A stretch of DNA of 64,000 bases, taken from a virus. The translations under genes and the position numbers were made by a program. Location: positions 35,041-99,040 of the IMG/VR virus record IMGVR_UViG_3300013132_000033, one strand, 5' to 3'. Positions 57,828-64,000 of the stretch are shown one piece after another (the stretch's first letter is position 1; each line of letters opens with the position of its first letter). The notes beneath the pieces are model-generated. The model saw only the letters and a program-made list of their open reading frames with translations, was not told the origin of the DNA and searched no databases.

Positions 57828-59249
57828 ATGTCAAAAAGAACTAACAAACTTTCTATCCCTGTTATCATGAATGTAACAGGTGATCAAACGCTTGCAACTG
57901 GTACTCTTACCACTGCTACAAGCGCTCTTAATGTAGCCAATGGTCAACTTGGAGTCCTGTCTTGGGATTATAGCGGCACAAAACCACTTGGTACATTTAT
58001 TGCTTCTACTGATGATGCTACTGAAGTACGAGCAATTAAACTTATTACAGGTACACCTGCTTCAGCTAATACTCAGCTTGCTGATGTATGGGAAGTTGGT
58101 GATAAAGGTTATCTTGAGTCTGGCGTTATTCGTGCCGACAAAATTCGCAGTGTAGCTATTCGTAAAGCTCGTTATGGTCGTTACGGTGGTTTTGTTGCCA
58201 CTGGTTTTGATGTACCATCTGATGATGTAGAATACAAAGCATATATTCGTTTGCTGTCTGTACGTAATGATCGTACTTTTGGAGCAAACGATGATGTATT
58301 GTCTGTTGTAGTTCCTGCTCAAGATTTTACTACACTTGGTACAGTTGCACCCAAAGATTATGTATTAAAAAATGTAGTAACTGAAATTAACAGTTACAGC
58401 AAACTGATTCGTGGAAGTCGTGAAGTAGTTGCGTTTGGTGTTAAAATTGCTGGCGGTACTGGTACTACAATTGGTACTATTGCTCCAGGAACTTCTGTAC
58501 CATTTCAAACTATTAACGGTACTACTTATTCTATTACTGCTGATGAAGCATTTGTAACTGCTCTTGCTAAACTGAATGCTGATAGTGCTACACTTACAGG
58601 AACATCTTCTATTGTTAACGTTAATTCTGCTACTGCTGGTACAGTTGCCGATGTAGACGCTATCATTGTACTTGGTCTTCCAGCTAAGCGTGCAGCTTAT
58701 TATGACAATATTGAACAAACTCAAACTAGTGCTGAAGTTAGTTTTGGAGGTGGATTTGCTGATGTAGATTCTCCTAAACCTACAGTAACTAAAATGTGGG
58801 CTGAAGAATCAATTAATACTGGTGTTAAACTGCGTATTCAGTCTCGTGATCGTTATTTGCTGACAGTACATACCAAACAAAATCATCCGCATGGTGAATG
58901 GTTTGCAGAAGGTAAAGATTATATCAATGAGTCTAAACTGTACACTACATTAAGCATTGATTACTACGATACTGAAAATCCGTTAACTACAGAAGTAACA
59001 TCTCCTAAAAATGTTACACTGTTGTTTCCATGTGAAAAACTGTCAACATTTACACCTACTGTAAATAACGTTACTACTGAAATTGCTGCTGGTAACGCAC
59101 CTATTACAATGACTACAAGTAATGATGCCGGTACCGGTACAGCATCTGCTAATACAGTTACAGATGCTACTAACATTCTTGTTGCTTGGTTAAACTCTGC
59201 CAAAACTAATTATGGCGGTGTAGATTATATTGCCGATACTTCTTTGTAG
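57828..59249 (+). CDS. Abundant virion structural protein (auxiliary capsid-type)
   Basis: T/A/G-rich; MCP-like codon bias; has its own terminator. Confidence 0.5.
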   Translation: MSKRTNKLSIPVIMNVTGDQTLATGTLTTATSALNVANGQLGVLSWDYSGTKPLGTFIASTDDATEVRAIKLITGTPASANTQLADVWEVGDKGYLESGVIRADKIRSVAIRKARYGRYGGFVATGFDVPSDDVEYKAYIRLLSVRNDRTFGANDDVLSVVVPAQDFTTLGTVAPKDYVLKNVVTEINSYSKLIRGSREVVAFGVKIAGGTGTTIGTIAPGTSVPFQTINGTTYSITADEAFVTALAKLNADSATLTGTSSIVNVNSATAGTVADVDAIIVLGLPAKRAAYYDNIEQTQTSAEVSFGGGFADVDSPKPTVTKMWAEESINTGVKLRIQSRDRYLLTVHTKQNHPHGEWFAEGKDYINESKLYTTLSIDYYDTENPLTTEVTSPKNVTLLFPCEKLSTFTPTVNNVTTEIAAGNAPITMTTSNDAGTGTASANTVTDATNILVAWLNSAKTNYGGVDYIADTSL

Positions 59250-59281
59250 GTGGAAGTTTCGTCTGTCTTAATTTTATTAAC

Positions 59282-59319
59282 AAGGGTCTTGTTGGCTTGT
59301 GTCAGCAAGGCCCTTTTTT
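59282..59319 (+). terminator. Intrinsic terminator
   Basis: AAGGGTCTTGTTGGC-TTGT-GTCAGCAAGGCCCTT followed by a T-run. Confidence 0.85.
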
Positions 59320-59331
59320 ATTAGTTAACTT

Positions 59332-62300
59332 ATGGGAATTTACGATAAATATAAAAAACTAATATTACCATTAACTACAGTTAAAACTCAAGTTACAACT
59401 GCTTTACCTGGTGTAATAGGTAAAACAGTTACAACTGGGTTAGGTAATGAAGGTATTGATTTGGCTATATGGATAAATGAAAAATTACAAGATGATACTA
59501 TTACAATTCCAGGGTTAGCTGAATTAATACAATTGACAGGAATGCCAGAAGGATCTTCAACGTTAGGTTCTTTTAATGGTAATATTATTCCTGATAACTC
59601 AACTATTAAACAAGCATTGCAGATATTAGAAACTGCAGTAATGGGAGCTGGAGGAGGTTCTGGTTTAAATGGTATATACACTGGTAGCGGAGATATTGCT
59701 GCAAATGTAATAGCTAATGTTAATAGTTCATTTAGTATTAATACAGGTAATGATGAAACTGTAAAAATTGGCGATATTAATGGTGTAGTATCAAATGATT
59801 TTAATAGTATTAATGGTATAGGTTTAGAAATTAATACACAAGGTTATGTAAAATTAGGTAAAGTATTTAGTCAAACTGGATATGCTCCTAGTGTATCTAT
59901 ATCAAAAGATGAATTAGCTTTAACTCACGATTATAATAATTATATATTATATACTAGTACAGAATTTCCAGTACTAAAAACAGATAAAACTCAATTTACT
60001 ATTTGGGGAGCTTATCCTAATTTTAAAGGTCTTGTATATAAAAATGATTACTCAAATAATTATGTTGACAGATCTCTTGTAGATAAAGCTTATGTAGATT
60101 TAAAAGCTCAAATAGTAGCCGATGGGGATAAAGGTGATATTACATTAAGTAATAACGGTAGTGTATGGATATTAAATAATAATTCAGTAACTTATAGTAA
60201 ATTACAAAATGTAACATCATCTAAACTTTTAGGTAGATATGATGCTACAACAGGTACTGTTCAAGAAATATCTCTTGGCGCTGGATTAGCATTTGTAAAT
60301 AATACTTTAATATCTACTGGAGGTAGTGGTGGTATATTACTTACTACAAACAACTCATCTGGCCCGGCTACTTTAAATAGTGGTACATTAAATATTCCTA
60401 ATTATTCTTTAACAGGTTTGGGTGGTGTACCAACAACAAGAACTATTACAATTAATGGAGAATCTTATGATCTATCTCAAAATAGATCTTGGACCATTAA
60501 CTCAATGATTTATCCTTCAGCAGGTATTCCAATATCTACTGGTACTGCTTGGGGAAGTTCAATTGTAAATAATTCTACCAATTGGAATACAGCATACTCT
60601 TGGGGTAATCATGCTACACAAGGCTACCTTACGAGCTTGAATTTAAATGGATTAACAGATGTTACAATAGGTACATTAAACAATGGTCAAATACTTCAAT
60701 ATAATTCTACTACATCTCAGTGGGAAAACGTAAGTATAACTATTGGATCAGGAGATATGCAGAAATCTGTATATGATACTGATAATGATGGTGTAGTAGA
60801 TTATGCTGAAAGTATTCCCGTAGTAGTAAGAAACAACTCAAGTACTAATACATTATATAGAGGAACTATTGTATATTTAAGTGGTTCTACTGGTAATCGT
60901 CCTAATGCTTTTAAAGCACAAGCTAACTCAGAAGCAACTTCTTCTAAAACATTTGGTGTTGTTATAAATGATATAAATCCTAATAATGATGGTTTAGTTG
61001 CTGCTATGGGTAGCTTACATAATTTGGATACTAGAACAACTGCTACAAATCCATTTACTTCAGTTACTTTAGCAGATGGTGATAACCTTTGGTTAGATCC
61101 TAACACTGCTGGATATGTAACTAATGTAAAACCATCTGCACCTAATCACGTCGTATTTATAGGTGTAGTAGCAAGAACATCTCCTACTAATGGAAGTATT
61201 GTATATAAGATACAAAATGGTTATGAAATAGAAGAATTACATAATGTTAATATTATAGATCCTCTTACTAATAACCAAGTGTTAAGGTATAATTCTAGTA
61301 ATAGTCTTTGGGAAAATAAAACTCTTAATTTCCAAGTACCACTTACACTTACTACTACTGGTACAAGTGGAGCAGCTACATTAGCTGGAGATGGTGTTTT
61401 AAATATACCTAATTACTCTACTGCACCTGGAGGTAATAATACTGAAGTTCAATTTAATAATAGTGGGGCGTTTGGAGGATCTTCTAAACTTACTTGGGAT
61501 GGTACTAATTTAAAGTTATCAGATGTAATTCAATCAAGTCCTTCTATATCATTTAATTCTATAGAAGGAACTAATACAATTAATCAAACTACTGTTAAAA
61601 TAAATAATATTACTTTCAATGATTCACCTAGTCAGTATCGATCATCATTAATATTTAATAGTTATAATAATGTTAATGGTTATGGCTCTACACCTTTAGC
61701 TATTAATACTGTTTATAACACTGGTTCAAATACTTTTGTAAGAAATGAAATTCTTTTAGACGGAACGGTTAGTATTACTAATATTCCTACATCAGTTTCT
61801 ACAGCATCTGGATTAATAGGTATAACTACTGGTGACGGATTATTTAAAACTTCATTAGATGCATCTACATTATCTCTAAGTAACGCTGGTGTGTTATCTG
61901 GAGTTATAAAAACTTTAAATGATCTTACTGATGTAGTCGCACCTTCACCAACTACAAACCAATTTCTTAGGTATAATGGGACTAACTGGGTTAATCAAAC
62001 ATTAACTGATATTCAAATAAATACATCAAGTTTATTTAATATACGTCATCAAAATGCTAACCCAGCATTTGCTGTTAGTGATATTACTCAAGATGTATTT
62101 ATAGGAAGTCCTTCAGGAGCTAATTATATTTACTTAAATAATTCTCAAAGTTTAACTGTTGCTCCTAATACTTATATTGGAGATTCTGCAACTCCTTCTG
62201 TAGATTCTAATGCTATTCTTACATTAGACAGTAACTCTAAAGGATTGCTATTACCTCGACTTACTACTACTCAAATTAATTCTAGTTTAGGATCTGCTAC

Positions 62301-64000
62301 TGACGGTATGATGGTATATGATAGTACTACTATGTCATTTAAAGGTAGAGCTAATGGTGTATGGGGAGCGTTAGGTAGTGGAGGTGGTACTCCTGGTGGT
62401 TCTACTACGCAAATACAGTTTAATGATGACGGTTCGTTTGCAGGTAGTAATGGATTCACATACGACAAAACAGCGCTTACAAATACAGGTCAAGTTAACA
62501 TCGGCGATCCGAGTTCGCCAACGGGCCGCTTTAACGTGAAGGGGGGCGGTACGCTAACGACTGTTAATACAAGGCTTACTAATTCGTCTAACGTAGAACT
62601 GTTTTCCGTATTGGATAACGGGACCACTTCAATCGGAAACCCTGCCGTTACCGCTAAATTAAACATTAAAGGCGACGGAGCGACATCGTCAACTACATCT
62701 CTATCAATCAAGGATTCAGGCAATAGTCAGTATCTATCGGCTGCCGATAATGGTACTATTGCACTGGGCAAATCCTTCACTATTTCATCTCCCACCACAT
62801 ATCGTGTATTTTCGGGAGGCCCTACAATTACAAACACTGTTTCTGGAGGCCTCTCTCAGGATGTTGGTTTTTTTGTCGGGGGTATGACTTACGCAGGTAG
62901 TGAGCCATTTTTTGGCGCTAGAGCTATGGCGTTTAATGCGAATAACAGGAATACATCAACAAGTAATCAAGTTTGGGGTGCATACTTTGTGGCTCAAAAT
63001 GAAACAACTACTTCCCGCGCTTCTTCTTTGCGTGGCGTTGAGATATTAATGCTTAACAATTCAACCGGAGGAACGATTACAGATGCGCAAGGGTTGACGA
63101 TTAAGCTTCCTACACACGCGGTCGGCTCTACCATCACGAACACGGTAGGATTATTAATTGATGATTTAACCCCAACCACCGCAGGCACACAAACGAATGT
63201 CTATTCTATTCAATCAACAGATGCACTTGCGAGAATGACGCACGCCGGAAACGCGTCATTTGGGACGTATACATCCTCCGCTCGCCTTCACGTTCAAGGC
63301 GAAAACAATTTATCTACATCAAGTGCATTATTAGTACAAAATAATGATACTATTCCAGCTAACTTGTTAGACGTTAGAAACGACGGGATGGTAAGTTCAA
63401 CAGGCCACTTAAAGGTTTCAGGTACATCAGGGAGTTGGGTAATACAAGCTGAAGGTACAAGTAATTCAGGTGGCTTTAGAAGGATTGGTAATAATATTGA
63501 GGTGACGTCACTTAATACAATAACTAGCTTTGTTGGGCGTTATGGTTCATTAGATTTGCAAGGTTTTGCTGGTGGCAGCACTGGAAACGCAGCAGGGAGT
63601 TCGGTAACAATATCAAATACTTTTAATTTTAATGCTGATTCTGCAAATACAAAAGCATTAAGCATAACACCAACAATTAACCAAATAAGTACAGGTTCAT
63701 TTACATTATTGCATTTAAATCCGACAATTAATACAACAGGCAGTAGTTTAAATTATTTATTATGGTCTCCTAATATTAAATTATTATATAATGGGGATGT
63801 TCTTATTGGAGCGACTACTTCCTCTGCCCGTCTTCACGTTCGAGGCGAAAACACCACCGCAGGCGTGGGCGCATTTTTGGTTCAAAATAGTACACCGGAC
63901 GATATTTACAAAATCGAGAACAACGGCAAAATTACCTACTGGGCCACCAACACCGCCGCCGGTACGACTGCCCCACAGACCATAGACAAGCCGAGTGGTA
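59332..64000 (+). CDS. Long tail fibre protein (over 1550 aa, runs off the window; absent from the ORF track)
   Basis: ATG at 59332 (MGIYDKYKKL...); frame open wherever checked to the window end. Fibre motifs DGDKGDITLS, GDMQKSVYDTDNDGVVD, QNGYEIEELHNV, PGG..T.(V/I)QFN and repeated L..LTDV...Q.L.YN...W.N. Confidence 0.8.
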   Translation, partial: MGIYDKYKKLILPLTTVKTQVTTALPGVIGKTVTTGLGNEGIDLAIWINEKLQDDTITIPGLAELIQLTGMPEGSSTLGSFNGNIIPDNSTIKQALQILETAVMGAGGGSGLNGIYTGSGDIAANVIANVNSSFSINTGNDETVKIGDINGVVSNDFNSINGIGLEINTQGYVKLGKVFSQTGYAPSVSISKDELALTHDYNNYILYTSTEFPVLKTDKTQFTIWGAYPNFKGLVYKNDYSNNYVDRSLVDKAYVDLKAQIVADGDKGDITLSNNGSVWILNNNSVTYSKLQNVTSSKLLGRYDATTGTVQEISLGAGLAFVNNTLISTGGSGGILLTTNNSSGPATLNSGTLNIPNYSLTGLGGVPTTRTITINGESYDLSQNRSWTINSMIYPSAGIPISTGTAWGSSIVNNSTNWNTAYSWGNHATQGYLTSLNLNGLTDVTIGTLNNGQILQYNSTTSQWENVSITIGSGDMQKSVYDTDNDGVVDYAESIPVVVRNNSSTNTLYRGTIVYLSGSTGNRPNAFKAQANSEATSSKTFGVVINDINPNNDGLVAAMGSLHNLDTRTTATNPFTSVTLADGDNLWLDPNTAGYVTNVKPSAPNHVVFIGVVARTSPTNGSIVYKIQNGYEIEELHNVNIIDPLTNNQVLRYNSSNSLWENKTLNFQVPLTLTTTGTSGAATLAGDGVLNIPNYSTAPGGNNTEVQFNNSGAFGGSSKLTWDGTNLKLSDVIQSSPSISFNSIEGTNTINQTTVKINNITFNDSPSQYRSSLIFNSYNNVNGYGSTPLAINTVYNTGSNTFVRNEILLDGTVSITNIPTSVSTASGLIGITTGDGLFKTSLDASTLSLSNAGVLSGVIKTLNDLTDVVAPSPTTNQFLRYNGTNWVNQTLTDIQINTSSLFNIRHQNANPAFAVSDITQDVFIGSPSGANYIYLNNSQSLTVAPNTYIGDSATPSVDSNAILTLDSNSKGLLLPRLTTTQINSSLGSATDGMMVYDSTTMSFKGRANGVWGALGSGGGTPGGSTTQIQFNDDGSFAGSNGFTYDKTALTNTGQVNIGDPSSPTGRFNVKGGGTLTTVNTRLTNSSNVELFSVLDNGTTSIGNPAVTAKLNIKGDGATSSTTSLSIKDSGNSQYLSAADNGTIALGKSFTISSPTTYRVFSGGPTITNTVSGGLSQDVGFFVGGMTYAGSEPFFGARAMAFNANNRNTSTSNQVWGAYFVAQNETTTSRASSLRGVEILMLNNSTGGTITDAQGLTIKLPTHAVGSTITNTVGLLIDDLTPTTAGTQTNVYSIQSTDALARMTHAGNASFGTYTSSARLHVQGENNLSTSSALLVQNNDTIPANLLDVRNDGMVSSTGHLKVSGTSGSWVIQAEGTSNSGGFRRIGNNIEVTSLNTITSFVGRYGSLDLQGFAGGSTGNAAGSSVTISNTFNFNADSANTKALSITPTINQISTGSFTLLHLNPTINTTGSSLNYLLWSPNIKLLYNGDVLIGATTSSARLHVRGENTTAGVGAFLVQNSTPDDIYKIENNGKITYWATNTAAGTTAPQTIDKPSG

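Noticed and set aside
59388-63985. Short ORFs listed in the last 4.6 kb
   Set aside because: Antisense or out-of-frame shadows of the long tail fibre ORF starting at 59332.
1-64000. Stop-codon reassignment (TAG or TGA), known in some crAss-like phages
   Set aside because: Long genes are intact in code 11, several end at TAG (14257, 19081, 26667, 59249) or TGA, and no clear suppressor tRNA is present.

Overview
A 64 kb, AT-rich segment of a crAss-like (Crassvirales-type) Bacteroidota phage genome, read in the standard genetic code. The + strand carries the end of a giant virion-type protein (1-3796) and, from 43.3 kb, the morphogenesis module: GroES-like, M15 peptidase, TerL, GroEL-like, portal, scaffold, major capsid protein, structural proteins and a tail fibre over 1550 aa that runs off the window. 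The - strand (3.85-42.6 kb) carries nucleotide and replication genes: MazG-like, resolvase, an amidoligase/GATase/ATP-grasp cluster, primase, helicases, NrdJ, a family B DNA polymerase split by a group I intron with a GIY-YIG endonuclease, ThyX, and an SPL-like radical SAM protein. It also carries two tRNA-Leu(TAA) genes and a set of tRNA-like RNAs with missing or replaced anticodon arms. The standout feature is at 23413-25698. An FGE-sulfatase/C-type-lectin-fold gene is truncated exactly before its variable C-terminal segment. It is followed by 12 translationally coupled mini-ORFs of about 45 aa, each encoding a different version of the missing GGSW...C(R)...R...GFRL segment. Several of these cores are GC-rich and show the codon signature of DGR adenine mutagenesis, yet no reverse transcriptase or template repeat is visible in the window. 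This suggests a split, cassette-library ligand-binding or decoy system, possibly stocked from host diversity-generating retroelements. All family assignments come from motif recognition by eye; no searches were run.
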